Notes under the pieces: generated by a model | Seen by the model: the letters and a program-made list of their open reading frames with translations, nothing else | The model's database searches: none | Told to the model about the DNA's origin: nothing | Source: Haliotis rufescens | Taxonomy: Eukaryota | Reading direction: 5' to 3' | Assembly: GCF_023055435.1 (NCBI RefSeq) | Contig: NW_025964124.1 | Location: forward strand, 3,286,001 to 3,350,000 | DNA length: 64,000 nt | Made by a program: the position numbers and the translations under genes | In this document: piece after piece, positions 26,301-41,226 of the stretch | Numbering within the stretch: position 1 is the stretch's first letter | How the letters are laid out: each line of letters opens with the position of its first letter

Positions 26301-29300
26301 AGATGTACGAGGACGTCGCGACCAGGTCTACAACACCACACACACCATGAGATGTACGAGGACGTCATGACCAGGTCTACAACAACACACACACCATGAG
26401 ATGCACGAGGACGTCTCGACCAGGTCTACAACAACACACACACCATGAGATGAAGGAGGACGTCGCGACCAGGTCTACAACAACACACACACCATGAGAT
26501 GTACGAGGACGTCGCGACCAGGTCTACAACAACACACACACCATGAGATGTACGAGGACGTCGCGACCAGGTCTACAACAACACACACACCATGAGATGA
26601 AGGAGGACGTCGCGACCAAGTCTACAACAACACACACACCATGAGATGTACGAGGACGTCGCGACCAGGTCTACAACAACACACACACCATGAGATGTAC
26701 GAGGACGTCGCGACCAGGTCTACAACAACACACACACCATGAGATGAAGGAGGACGTCGCGACCAGGTCTACAACAACACACACACCATGAGATGAAGGA
26801 GGACGTCGCGACCAGGTCTACAACAACACACACACCATGAGATGAAGGAGGACGTCGCGACCAGGTCTACAACAACACACACACCATGAGATGTACGAGG
26901 ACGTCGCGACCAGGTCTACAACAACACACACACCATGAGATGAAGGAGGACGTCGCGACCAGGACTACAACAACACACACACCATGAGATGAAGGAGGAC
27001 GTCGCGACCAGGTCTACAACAACACACACACCATGAGATGAAGGAGGACGTCGCGACCAGGTCTACAACAACACACACACCATGAGATGAAGGAGGACGT
27101 CGCGACCAGGTCTACAACAACACACACACCATGAGATGAAGGAGGACGTCGCGACCAGGTCTACAACAACACACACACCATGAGACGTATGAGGACGTCG
27201 CGACCAGGTCTACAACACCACACACACCATGAGATGAAGGAGGACGTCGCGACCAGGTCTACAACAACACACACACCATGAGATGTACGAGGACGTCGCG
27301 ACCAGGTCTACAACAACACACACACCATGAGATGTACGAGGACGTCGCGACCAGGTTTACAACACAACACACACCATGAGATGAAGGAGGACGTCGCAAC
27401 CAGGTCTACAACAACACACACACTATGAGATGTACGAGGACTTCGCGACCAGGTCTACAACACCACACACACCATGAGATGTACGAGGATGTCGCGACCA
27501 GGTCTACAACAACACACACACCATGAGATGAAGGAGGACATCGCGACCAGGTCTACAACAACACACACACCATGAGATGTACGAGGACGTCGCGACCAGG
27601 TCTACAACAACACACACACCATGAGATGAAGGAGGACGTCGCAACAAGGTCTACAACAACAAACACACCATGAGATGAAGGAGGACGTCGCGACGAGGTC
27701 TACAACAACACACACACCATGAGATGAAGGAGGACGTCGCGACCAGGTCTACAACAACACACACACCATGAGATGCATGAGGACGTCTCGACCAGGTCTA
27801 CAACAACACACACACCATGAGATGAAGGAGGACGTCGCGACCAGGTCTACAACAACACACACACCATGAGATGTACGAGGACGTCACGACCAGGTCTACA
27901 ACAACACACACACCATGAGATGAAGGAGGACGTCGCGACCAGGTCTACAACAACACACACACCATGAGATGTACGAGGACGTCACGACCAGGTCTACAAC
28001 AACACACACACAATGAGATGTACGAGGACGTCGCGACCAGGTCTACAACAACACACACACCATGAGATGTACGAGGACGTCGCGATCAGGTCTACAACAA
28101 CACACACACCATGAGATGTACGAGGACGTCGCGACCAGGACTACAACAACACACACACCATGAGATGGAGGAGGACGTCGCGACCAGGTCTACAACAACA
28201 CACACACTATGAGATGTACGAGGACGTCGCGACCAGGTCTACAACACCACACACACCATGAGATGTACGAGGACGTCATGACCAGGTCTACAACAACACA
28301 CACACCATGAGATGCACGAGGACGTCTCGACCAGGTCTACAACAACACACACACCATGAGATGAAGGAGGACGTCGCGACCAGGTCTACAACAACACACA
28401 CACCATGAGATGTACGAGGACGTCGCGACCAGGTCTACAACAACACACACACCATGAGATGTACGAGGACGTCGCGACCAGGTCTACAACAACACACACA
28501 CCATGAGATGAAGGAGGACGTCGCGACCAAGTCTACAACAACACACACACCATGAGATGTACGAGGACGTCGCGACCAGGTCTACAACAACACACACACC
28601 ATGAGATGTACGAGGACGTCGCGACCAGGTCTACAACAACACACACACCATGAGATGAAGGAGGACGTCGCGACCAGGTCTACAACAACACACACACCAT
28701 GAGATGAAGGAGGACGTCGCGACCAGGTCTACAACAACACACACACCATGAGATGAAGGAGGACGTCGCGACCAGGTCTACAACAACACACACACCATGA
28801 GATGTACGAGGACGTCGCGACCAGGTCTACAACAACACACACACCATGAGATGAAGGAGGACGTCGCGACCAGGACTACAACAACACACACACCATGAGA
28901 TGAAGGAGGACGTCGCGACCAGGTCTACAACAACACACACACCATGAGATGAAGGAGGACGTCGCGACCAGGTCTACAACAACACACACACCATGAGATG
29001 AAGGAGGACGTCGCGACCAGGTCTACAACAACACACACACCATGAGATGAAGGAGGACGTCGCGACCAGGTCTACAACAACACACACACCATGAGACGTA
29101 TGAGGACGTCGCGACCAGGTCTACAACACCACACACACCATGAGATGAAGGAGGACGTCGCGACCAGGTCTACAACAACACACACACCATGAGATGTACG
29201 AGGACGTCGCGACCAGGTCTACAACAACACACACACCATGAGATGTACGAGGACGTCGCGACCAGGTTTACAACACAACACACACCATGAGATGAAGGAG

Positions 29301-32300
29301 GACGTCGCAACCAGGTCTACAACAACACACACACTATGAGATGTACGAGGACTTCGCGACCAGGTCTACAACACCACACACACCATGAGATGTACGAGGA
29401 TGTCGCGACCAGGTCTACAACAACACACACACCATGAGATGAAGGAGGACATCGCGACCAGGTCTACAACAACACACACACCATGAGATGTACGAGGACG
29501 TCGCGACCAGGTCTACAACAACACACACACCATGAGATGAAGGAGGACGTCGCGACCAGGTCTACAACAACAAACACACCATGAGATGAAGGAGGACGTC
29601 GCGACGAGGTCTACAACAACACACACACCATGAGATGAAGGAGGACGTCGCGACCAGGTCTACAACAACACACACACCATGAGATGCATGAGGACGTCTC
29701 GACCAGGTCTACAACAACACACACACCATGAGATGAAGGAGGACGTCGCGACCAGGTCTACAACAACACACACACCATGAGATGTACGAGGACGTCACGA
29801 CCAGGTCTACAACAACACACACACCATGAGATGAAGGAGGACGTCGCGACCAGGTCTACAACAACACACACACCATGAGATGTACGAGGACGTCACGACC
29901 AGGTCTACAACAACACACACACAATGAGATGTACGAGGACGTCGCGACCAGGTCTACAACAACACACACACCATGAGATGAAGGAGGACGTCGCGACCAG
30001 GTCTACAACAACACACACACCATGAGATGTACGAGGACGTCGCGACCAGGTCTACAACAACACACACACCATGAGATGAAGGAGGACGTCGCGACCAGGT
30101 CTACAACAACACACACACCATGAGATGCATGAGGACGTCTCGACCAGGTCTACAACAACACACACACCATGAGATGTACGAGGACGTCACGACCAGGTCT
30201 ACAACAACACACACACCATGAGATGTACGAGGACGTCACGACCAGGTCTACAACAACACACACACCATGAGATGTACGAGGACGTCACGACCAGGTCTAC
30301 AAAAACACACACACCATGAGATGTACGAGGACGTCGCGATCAGGTCTACAACAACACACACACCATGAGATGTACGAGGACGTCGCGATCAGGTCTACAA
30401 CAACACACACTCCATGAGATGTACGAGGACGTCGCGACCAGGACTACAACAACACACACATCATGAGATGGAGGAGGACGTCGCGACCAGTTCTACAACA
30501 ACACACACACCATGAGATGTAGGAGGACGTCGCGACCAGGTCTACAACACCACACACACCATGAGATGTACGAGGACGTCGCGACCAGGTCTACAACAAC
30601 ACACACACCATGAGATGCACGAGGACGTCTCGACCAGGTCTACAACAACACACACACCATGAGATGAAGGAGGACGTCGCGACCAGGTCTACAACAACAC
30701 ACACACCATGAGACGTACGAGGACGTCGCGACCAGGTCTACAACAACACACACACCATGAGACACACGAGGACGTCGCGACCAGGTCTACAACAACAGGC
30801 TCACCATGAGATGAAGGAGGACGTCGCGACCAGGTCTACAACAACACACACACCATGAGATGCACGAGGACGTCGCGACCAGGTCTACAACAACACACAC
30901 ACCGTGAGATGAAGGAGGACGTCGCGACCAGGTCTACAACAACACACACACCATGAGATGTACGAGGACGTCGCGACCAGGTCTACAACAACACACACAC
31001 CATGAGATGAAGGAGGACGTCGCGACCAGGTCTACAACAACAAACACACCATGAGATGAAGGAGGACGTCGCGACCAGGTCTACAACAACACACACACCA
31101 TGAGATGAAGGAGGACGTCGCGACCAGGTCTACAACAACACACACACCATGAGATGTACGAGGACGTCGCGACCAGGTCTACAACAACACACACACCATG
31201 AGATGAAGGAGGACGTCGCGACCAGGTCTACAACAACACACACACCATGAGATGTACGAGGACGTCACGACCAGGTCTACAACAACACACACACCATGAG
31301 ATGTACGAGGACGTCGCGACCAGGTCTACAACAACACACACACCATGAGATGAAGGAGGACGTCGCGACCAGGTCTACAACAACACGCACATCATGAGAT
31401 GGAGGAGGACGTCGCGACCAGGTCTACAACAACACACACACTATGAGATGTACGAGGACTTCGCGACCAGGTCTACAACACCACACACACCATGAGATGT
31501 ACGAGGATGTCGCGACCAGGTCTACAACAACACACACACCATGAGATGCACGAGGACGTCTCGACCAGGTCTACAACAACACACACACCATGAGATGAAG
31601 GAGGACGTCGCGACCAGGTCTACAACAACACACACACCATGAGATGTACGAGGACGTCGCGACCAGGTCTACAACAACACACACACCATGAGATGTACGA
31701 GGACGTCGCGTCCAGGTCTACAACAACAAACACACCATGAGATGTACGAGGACGTCGCGACCAGGTCTACAACAACACACACACCATGAGACGAAGGAGG
31801 ACGTCGCGACCAGGTCTACAACAACACACACACCATGAGACGTATGAGGATGTCGCGACCAGGTCTACAACAACACACACACCATGAGATGAAGGAGGAC
31901 GTCGCAACCAGGTCTACAACAACACACACACCATGAGATGAAGGAGGACGTCGCAACCAGGTCTACAACAACACACACACCATGAGATGAAGGAGGACGT
32001 CGCGACCAGGTCTACAACAACACACACACCATGAGATGAAGGAGGACGTTGCGACCAGGTCTACAACAACACACACACCATGAGATGAAGGAGGACGTCG
32101 CGACCAGGTCTACAACAACACACACACCATGAGATGTACGAGGACGTCGCGACCAGGTCTACAACAACACACACACCATGAGATGTACGAGGACGTCGCG
32201 ACCAGGTTTACAACACAACACATACCATGAGATGAAGGAGGACGTCGCAACCAGGTCTATAACAACACACACACCATGAGGTGGAGGAGGACGTCGCGAC

Positions 32301-35135
32301 CAGGTCTACAACAACACACACACCATGAGATGAAGGAGGACGTCGCGACCAGGTCTACAACAACACACACATCATGAGATGGAGGAGGACGTCGCGACCA
32401 GGTCTACAACAACACACACACCATGAGATGTACGAGGACGTCGCGACCAGGTCTACAACAACACACACACCATGAGACACACGAGGACGTCGCGACCAGG
32501 TCTACAACAACAGGCTCACCATGAGATGAAGGAGGACGTCGCGACCAGGTCTACAACAACACACACACCATGAGATGCACGAGGACGTCGCGACCAGGTC
32601 TACAACAACACACACACCATGAGATGAAGGAGGACGTCGCGACCAGGTCTACAACAACACACACACCATGAGATGTACGAGGACGTCGCGACCAGGTCTA
32701 CAACAACACACACACCATGAGATGAAGGAGGACGTCGCGACCAGGTCTACAACAACACACACACCATGAGATGTACGAGGACGTCGCGACCAGGTCTACA
32801 ACAACGCACACACCATGAGATGTACGAGGACGTCGCGACCAGGTCTACAACAACACACACACCATGAGATGTACGAGGACGTCCCGACCAGGTCTACAAC
32901 AACACACACACCATGAGATGAAGGAGGACGTCGCGACCAGGTCTACAACAACACACACACCATGAGATGTACGAGGACGTCGCGACCAGGTCTACAACAA
33001 CACACACACCATGAGATGAAGGAGGACGTCACGACCAGGTCTACAACAACACACACACCATGAGATGTACGAGGACGTCGCGACCAGGTCTACAACAACA
33101 CACACACCATGAGATGAAGGAGGACGTCGCGACCAGGTCTACAACAACGCACACACCATGAGATGTACGAGGACGTCGCGACCAGGTCTACAACAACACA
33201 CACACCATGAGATGAAGGAGGACGTCGCGACCAGGTCTACAACAACACACACACCATGAGATGTACGAGGACGTCGCGACCAGGTCTACAACAACACACA
33301 CACCATGAGATGAAGGAGGACGTCGCGACCATGTCTACAACAACACACACACCATGAGACGTACGAGGACGTCGTGACCAGGTCTACAACAACACACACA
33401 CCATGAGATGTACGAGGACGTCGCGACCAGGTCTACAACAACACACACACCATGAGACGTATGAGGATGTCGCGACCAGGTCTACAACAACACACACACC
33501 ATGAGATGAAGGAGGACGTCGCAACCAGGTCTACAACAACACACACACCATGAGATGAAGGAGGACGTCGCAACCAGGTCTACAACAACACACACACCAT
33601 GAGATGTACGAGGACGTCGCGACCAGGTCTACAACAACACACACACCATGAGATGAAGGAGGACGTTGCGACCAGGTCTACAACAACACACACACCATGA
33701 GATGAAGGAGGACGTCGCGACCAGGTCTACAACAACACACACACCATGAGATGTACGAGGACGTCGCGACCAGGTCTACAACAACACACACACCATGAGA
33801 TGTACGAGGACGTCGCGACCAGGTTTACAACACAACACACACCATGAGATGAAGGAGGACGTCGCAACCAGGTCTATAACAACACACACACCATGAGGTG
33901 GAGGAGGACGTCGCGACCAGGTCTACAACAACACACACACCATGAGATGAAGGAGGACGTCGCGACCAGGTCTACAACAACACACACACCATGAGATGAA
34001 GGAGGACGTCGCGACCAGGTCTACAACAACACACACACCATGAGATGTACGAGGACGTCGCGACCAGGTCTACAACAACACACACACCATGAGACACACG
34101 AGGACGTCGCGACCAGGTCTACAACAACAGGCTCACCATGAGATGAAGGAGGACGTCGCGACCAGGTCTACAACAACACACACACCATGAGATGCACGAG
34201 GACGTCGCGACCAGGTCTACAACAACACACACACCATGAGATGAAGGAGGACGTCGCGACCAGGTCTACAACAACACACACACCATGAGATGTACGAGGA
34301 CGTCGCGACCAGGTCTACAACAACACACACACCATGAGATGAAGGAGGACGTCGCGACCAGGTCTACAACAACACACACACCATGAGATGTACGAGGACG
34401 TCGCGACCAGGTCTACAACAACGCACACACCATGAGATGTACGAGGACGTCGCGACCAGGTCTACAACAACACACACACCATAAGATGTACGAGGACGTC
34501 GCGACCAGGTCTACAACAACACACACACCATGAGATGAAGGAGGACGTCGCGACCAGGTCTACAACAACACACACACCATGAGATGTACGAGGACGTCGC
34601 GACCAGGTCTACAACAACACACACACCATGAGATGAAGGAGGACGTCGCGACCAGGTCTACAACAACACACACACCATGAGATGTACGAGGACGTCGCGA
34701 CCAGGTCTACAACAACACACACACCATGAGATGAAGGAGGACGTCGCGACCAGGTCTACAACAACACACACACCATGAGATGTACGAGGACGTCGCGACC
34801 AGGTCTACAACAATGCACACACCATGAGATGTACGAGGACGTCGCGACCAGGTCTACAACAACACACACACCATGAGATGTACGAGGACGTCGCGACCAG
34901 GTCTACAACAACACACACACCATGAGATGAAAGAGGACGTCGCGACCAGGTCTACAACAACACACACACCATGAGATGTACGAGGACGTCGCGACCAGGT
35001 CTACAACAACACACACACCATGAGATGAAGGAGGACGTCGCGACCATGTCTACAACAACACACACACCATGAGACGTACGAGGACGTCGTGACCAGGTCT
35101 ACAACAACACACACACCATGAGACACACGAGGACA
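23386..35135. repeat. 49-bp satellite, ~240 copies (11.7 kb), within intron 2 of the Cut8-like gene
   Basis: Unit CTACAACAACACACACACCATGAGATG(AAG/TAC)GAGGACGTCGCGACCAGGT. Confidence 0.98.
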
Positions 35136-35162
35136 TCACACCGTGAGACCATGTCTACCTAC

Positions 35163-35498
35163 CGAATGACTGGAAGTCCGTACAGAACACAGTAGCAGGG
35201 GACTTGGACGGCTGTTTGGTCGGACTGCGGCGACGACTACGCTGTTGTATGACCATCTCGTCTGGCGACGTCACAGGCGTTGGAGGTAGCCAGGTGTTCA
35301 ACAAGTCCATCACTGAAACATGGTCAACATNNNNNNNNNNNNNNNNNNNNNNNNNNNNNNNNNNNNNNNNNNNNNNNNNNNNNNNNNNNNNNNNNNNNNN
35401 NNNNNNNNNNNNNNNNNNNNNNNNNNNNNNNNNNNNNNNNNNNNNNNNNNNNNNNNNNNNNNNTCTCAGGTCGGCCAATGCCTCTGGTGACACATGGA
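35163..35498 (-). CDS. Cut8/Sts1-like gene, exon 2 (VHVSPEALADLR..gap..VDHVSVMDLLNTWLPPTPVTSPDEMVIQQRSRRRSPTK...), interrupted by a 133-N gap at 35331-35463
   Basis: gacag acceptor in phase 1 with exon 1; donor G|GTAGGT at 35163 (alternative at 35159); may be two exons if the gap hides an intron. Confidence 0.6.
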
Positions 35499-35634
35499 CT
35501 GTCACCAGTATCAGGTAAGAAAAACGTACAACTTTGTGTATAACAACTTCTGGTTTATGTCATACAGCAATGTTTCAATGTGGATTCTTACACCGTTATT
35601 ATTCATAAAGTTGTAATTTTTTAAACTTATTTGC

Positions 35635-35908
35635 GGGGGCATGGGTGGCCCAGTAGTCTAAGGCGCCGCGATTCGATGTGCAGAGTTGTGTCCGTTTGGC
35701 ACGCCAGAAACCTATCATTGTGGGTTTGAATCCAGGTTCATGTTTCTAGGTTTGTCAGCACCATACCCGTGCTCATGGGTTTCACCGAAGTGGTAAATGT
35801 CTGAGACCTGCATCACTTTGGGCTTTCCTCCCACATTAAGCTGACACGCCGTGATATAACTGGAATACTGTTAAAAGCGGCGTTAAAACACAACTCACTC
35901 ACTCACTC
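35635..35908 (+). mobile_element. SINE family B
   Basis: tRNA-like head with GGTTTGAATCC B-box; (CTCA)n tail; multiple copies in window. Confidence 0.9.
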
Positions 35909-36865
35909 ATAGGTATAAGCCGAGCTGATATCAAGGACATATCCTCCAATAACAAGTATACTGGCATAGAAAGCACCCACAACACTGTTACACAATTCTA
36001 GATCTCTTTGGAACATGAAGCGATAAATTCCATCACACAACGTGTACACAACTAAAAAGAAAATAATAATAAAAAGTTGCAGAGCTACAGATAAGTTGCG
36101 TATTTGTGTAAAATACCCCCTAAAACTATTCAAAACCAAATTACTTTCAATTAACTTGCGTACAGAAACACATGCAATTGTTTGAAAACAGCACATGTAA
36201 ATACCCAATGAAGTTTTTTGAGCATGCATACAACAGAGTTAATTTCCGAAACACAATTATGAGCTTATTTACTTTCCTAGTCAAGCCTATATATTTAGAA
36301 CAGTTATATACATCTAAAACATTTTTTAAATTTTTTAAAATCTCAAAATGCTTAAAATCGACTCATTTTGGGAAAACCCCAATAGTGTGATGAATAAATG
36401 TAATAGATCTAACCCAAAGTAAAATAGAAAGCGTCGAGTAAAAATTCAATTGCTCAAAAAGTCATCGTCTGGAGCTTTGTTGTGGAAACATTAGCTAAAA
36501 AAATACACTTGAATATTGTGTTGGTCATGCTGATACAGAAACAAGGTCAGTCAGTGACTGAGTGTGGTCAGCTGGCACTGTAGATAGATCTAGTTGAGTT
36601 ACAAAGCGAATGTCTTCTCTCTTTCTTTTAAATATTAAATAATATTTATTTGTTTTGAATAAAGTTGAAACTGAAGAAAATATACCCCCCCCCCCCCCCC
36701 CCCACCAGAAAAAAGAAAAGAAATATAATAATTATAAATATATAAATTTTAAAAAATACAACGTCCTCCGGACTCATCTGGGGCGTATGGCTTCAACTTT
36801 GTCACGCCACATTTCGATGTCTCCCATTTGCTGTACACATTTACTATTCCCCGTGTCCTACTTAC

Positions 36866-36938
36866 CGTGTGCAAGGGCTGGGTTGACGTAATCCTGTCCG
36901 CGGACAGGAATATTTCGGAGCGGATATCTGCTGTTCAT
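36866..36938 (-). CDS. Probable first coding exon of the Cut8/Sts1-like gene (MNSRYPLRNIPVRGQDYVNPALAH)
   Basis: caacATG start, G|GTAAGT donor, phase 1 joins exon 2; CpG-rich promoter-like context. Confidence 0.55.
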
Positions 36939-37689
36939 GTTGGTGTGATCGACGGACTCGCGTCACCATTCACGCGGACCCAACGAGGCGGAACGAGCGA
37001 TCACACCGGCACCCCACTCCTCAAGCTTACAGAAACTTTTTAACTTCCCAAAAAGTCAGCTGAGACATAAAATTCAACTAAGGAACATAACTTGTAAAAC
37101 TACACGCTGGAATATAACCCAGTGCGACCGCAATAAATGAGTCTCGGAAATTGTTTACAACTTCGCCATTTCGCGGACTTTTCTTTCATTTGATGCTGCC
37201 GCTTTGTCTCTCGCGATTTTGATTGGATACTGAGCAGGTTTCGCGGAATAAGGGAAGTAACTCGAATTATAATTCCAGTCTGCATACCACTTAAAAGTTT
37301 TATTGAACCGTACTTTTATTTGAGGGTTAAATAGACTATGTGGAGAAATATCCTGATACATGCATCAATTTCAGATATTTTCAGATTTTCAAGATTGCTA
37401 CTGACAGAAAATAAACCCTGCATGACTTTTTTATTAAGAACAAACTCTCAAACCTTATTTTATAGAAATGAAATACAAATCTGCAAGGCTAATTTAAACT
37501 TACAGTTTAATTTGTCAAATAATGATGGAACCACAATAAATCCATTGATGTTTGGTTCCCGTTAAGTCCTCTAGGACAGACAACGACGATGCAAGTCATG
37601 GTATTCCAACTGCTGTAGATCGATGCTCATTACGTCAGTCATTGGTTTGTCTGGCTCAGACGCGATTATCTAAACTGCCCCCACCCCCG

Positions 37690-37885
37690 CTATATTCGCT
37701 ATATTCCAGCTATATGACGGTGGTCTGTAAATAATCCAGTCTGGACCAAACAATCCAGTGATTGATATCATGAGCATCGATCCACGCAATTGGGGTCGAT
37801 GACATGCATCAATCAAGCACGCGATCCCGTTAGTCGCCTCTTACGACAAGTATGGGTTGGTGAACACGTACCCCGGACATTCACG
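37690..37885 (-). mobile_element. SINE family C (an inverted partial copy lies adjacent at ~37585-37675)
   Basis: Matches 48772-49048. Confidence 0.8.
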
Positions 37886-38138
37886 AGTGAGTGAGTGAGT
37901 GTGTGGGTGGGTGGATGCGTGCGTACTTTTAGTAGTGTTCACCCAATATCACCGAGGGGGACACAAATTATGGATGACATCGAACCGGGGCTTAGTCCCA
38001 ACAATTAATTTAATGTGCCGACATCTTCCACGTCATTCTTGTAGGCTGCCATTAAGTACAGAAATTATTAATATCCAAGTACTTTGACGGTGACAACCCC
38101 CTTAACTGTTGTTGGGCTTCTATTTCGAGGGTTTCGGA

Positions 38139-38870
38139 ACTTGGCGTGTTGTACGCGGGACTTGGCGTGTTGTACGCGGGACTTGGCGGTGTTGTACGCG
38201 GGACTTGGCGGTGTTGTACGCGGGACTTGGCGGTGTTGTACGCGGGACTTGGCGTGTTGTACGCGGGACTTGGCGGTGTTGTAGGCGGGACTTGGCGTGT
38301 TGTACGCGGGACTTGGCGTGTTGTACGCGGGACTTGGCGGTGTTGTAGGCGGGACTTGGCGTGTTGTACGAGGGACTTGGCGTGTTGTACGCGGGACTTG
38401 GCGTGTTGTAGGCGGGACTTGGCGGTGTTGTACGCGGGACTTGGCGGTGTTGTAGGCGGGACTTGGCGTGTTGTACGAGGGACTTGGCGTGTTGTACGCG
38501 GGACTTGGCGGTGTTGTAGGCGGAACTTGGCGTGTTGTACGAGGGACCTGGCGGTGTTGTACGCGGGACTTGGCGGTGTTGTAGGCGGGACTTGGCGTGT
38601 TGTACGCGGGACTTGGCGGTGTTGTAGGCGGGACTTGGCGTGTTGTACGAGGGACTTGGCAGTGTTGTACGCGGGACTTGGCGTGTTGTACGCGGGACTT
38701 GGCGGTGTTGTAGGCGGGACTTGGCGTGTTGTACGCGGGACTTGGCGTGTTGTAGGCGGGACTTGGCGTGTTGTACGAGGGACTTGGCAGTGTTGTACGC
38801 GGGACTTGGCGTGTTGTACGAGGGACTTGGCGGTGTTGTACGCGGGACTTGGCAGTGTTGTACGCGGGAC
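38139..38870. repeat. 21/22-bp tandem array (ACTTGGCG(G)TGTTGTACGCGGG)
   Basis: Direct periodicity. Confidence 0.95.
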
Positions 38871-39380
38871 GTATATTCAACATCCTCAAACAATTAACGG
38901 TGTACGTAACACATTCCTTTATATATTTTATGTGAAGTAACTGAACTTCAAATCGCACCTTTTATGACCAAGTCACGTGTTCTTCAGGTTTTCGTCTGTT
39001 TCCGGCACACGCCAGGACATTATTGACTCATTCGTGACGAACCAATCTCATTGATTGGTGACGAGTTCGTGACGAACTCGTGTCATTCCGGGAGAAGACG
39101 TGCATCCCTCGCAGGTTTCCGTATTGTCATATGAACACGAGAACTGCTTGTAAAAGAAATGATAACTCTTTTTCTCCCCACGTTTGACAATCACTGGATT
39201 GTCTGGTCCAGACTCGATTATTTACAGACCGCCATCATATAGCTGGAATATTGCTGAGTGAACCCCTCTATTTGATATTTTACAGCCATAACTTTAGGGT
39301 ATTGCTCAAATTGTTCACAGCCTTTTATAATAATACGATATTGATGAGTTTGTGACTGTGTTGTTCCAGACCTGTATACT

Positions 39381-39482
39381 GGTCTTTAATTAGTTAAGTC
39401 CCTGGGATATAAAGGGTCTTTAATTAGTTAAGTCTCTGGGATATAAAGGGTCTTTAATTAGTTAAGTCTCTGGGATATAAAG
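39381..39482. repeat. 34-bp unit x3
   Basis: Direct periodicity. Confidence 0.9.
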
Positions 39483-39730
39483 GATCTCAGGCCACTTATA
39501 TCGAGTCTACACTGTGACAGCCAAACATCACCAAATTCCAGATCTTCTAGTATTGATTTTACCTTAGTAACCCGTTCATGTTTACAGATACCAGATATCA
39601 CATCAGTGAGTCATATTTACACACAGTATGCGACAACTTCGCAGAGTTTGATTGCCCTAATTTTGACCACTAACAAAGAACAGCTAATCTAATGTATGCA
39701 GATAACGGGGGAGTTCCAGCCTCCCCATTT

Positions 39731-39992
39731 AACACAGGAAGTGGTGGGCATGTTATAACACAGGAAGTGGTGGGCATGTTATAACACAGGAAGTGGTGGG
39801 CATGTTATAACACAGGAAGTGGTGGGCATGTTATGACACAGGGAGTGGTGTGCATGTTTGAACACAGGAAGTGGTGGGCATGTTATAACACAGGAAGTGG
39901 TGGGCATGTTATAACACAGGAAGTGGTGGGCATGTTATAACACAGGAAGTGGTGGGCATGTTTGAACACAGGAAGTGGTGGGCATGTTTTAA
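39731..39992. repeat. 26-bp tandem array, ~10 copies
   Basis: AACACAGGAAGTGGTGGGCATGTTAT. Confidence 0.95.
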
Positions 39993-40199
39993 CTCTCCAC
40001 GACATTTTTAAGACGCGTGATTGCAGATTTTCGAGTAATGCACTGTTGCCCCCGCTCCATACTTCCGAGCCGTAAAGTATGTAATATTTGTTCACCCATA
40101 CATGAAATAATCTAATGTGACGCTAAAATTATATATTGAGTAAACGACTTTATTTCAGTACCAAAATCATGGCTTTTGTAGTTTTTTTCTTACTTGTGA

Positions 40200-40376
40200 G
40201 GGCGGTCGGGTAACCTAGTCGTTAAAGAGTTCGCTCGTCACGTCACGCCGAAGACCCGGGTTCGATTCCCGACATGGGTAAAACGTGTGAAGCTCATTTC
40301 TGGTGTCCCCCGCTGTGATATTGCTGGAATATTGCTAAAGGCGGCGTAAAACCATACTCACTCACTTACTCACTCC
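40200..40376 (+). mobile_element. SINE family A, full length with TSD
   Basis: A/B boxes, (TCAC)n tail, TSD TACTTGTGA (40191-40199 / 40377-40385). Confidence 0.92.
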
Positions 40377-40568
40377 TACTTGTGACAAACTTGTTATTTC
40401 TGGATAGTATTAGTCCTAGTTACTCGCACTCGTTAGTATTTTCCAACAACTGATTCATTCATAGTGAAGACAAATTTGGATTTTTTTTTTTGAGCCATCT
40501 TAACAACAACTTTTGTCTTATCAACAGGTACAGTTAATGTGTTGTATTTACAGAACACTTCAAAGTCA

Positions 40569-40795
40569 CAGTTATATCGCGGCGTGTCAGCTTAATGTGG
40601 GAGGAAAGCCCGAAGTGATGCAGGTCTCAGACATTTACCACTTCGGTGAAACCCACGAGCACGGGTATGGTGCTGACAAACCTAGAAACGTAATCGGGGC
40701 GAACCGGGATTCGAACCCACAATCAAAGGTTTCTGGCGTGCCCAAGGGACGCAACTCTGCACAGCGAATCGAGGCGCCTCAGACGACTGGGCCAT
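40569..40795 (-). mobile_element. SINE family B, tail missing
   Basis: Matches 42646-42961. Confidence 0.88.
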
Positions 40796-41226
40796 TCACG
40801 TGAAAGTTCTCATCCATACTTTGGATGAAACTTCAAACTCACTTAGATCATGTTCTTCTTCAGTGATTGTTCAGATTGCTATCCAAGGGGAATAACTCCT
40901 CCAGTGTCGGCTCTTCACCAGGTTTCACTCCTCTGCCCCAGATTTCAGAATCTTTCAAAACGAACTAAGCTTTACGATTTTGATTTTTTTTAAATATGAA
41001 TATTATAACATACATTTCTTATACGATTTGCAACAAGATAAGCCAGAATGTATGTACGTCACTTATTCAGGTTGTATAAACCCCCCTGATATTCATCACA
41101 TAAATTTCTATTTTCACTTTCTGTATTTAATGCTGGTATGTAAACCGCGGCTTCTTGTTATTGCGGGAATTTTCTTTTACAATTTCGAAACAATTCGTTT
41201 GAATATCTTTGCGTGTATGATTTGTG

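Noticed and set aside
36892-36909. 18-bp perfect palindrome TCCTGTCCGCGGACAGGA in putative exon 1
   Set aside because: Single occurrence with no supporting context; function cannot be argued from sequence alone
38068-38958. PSPAYNT repeats resembling the RNA polymerase II CTD
   Set aside because: 21/22-bp units shift frame constantly; no RPB1 exons or splice context
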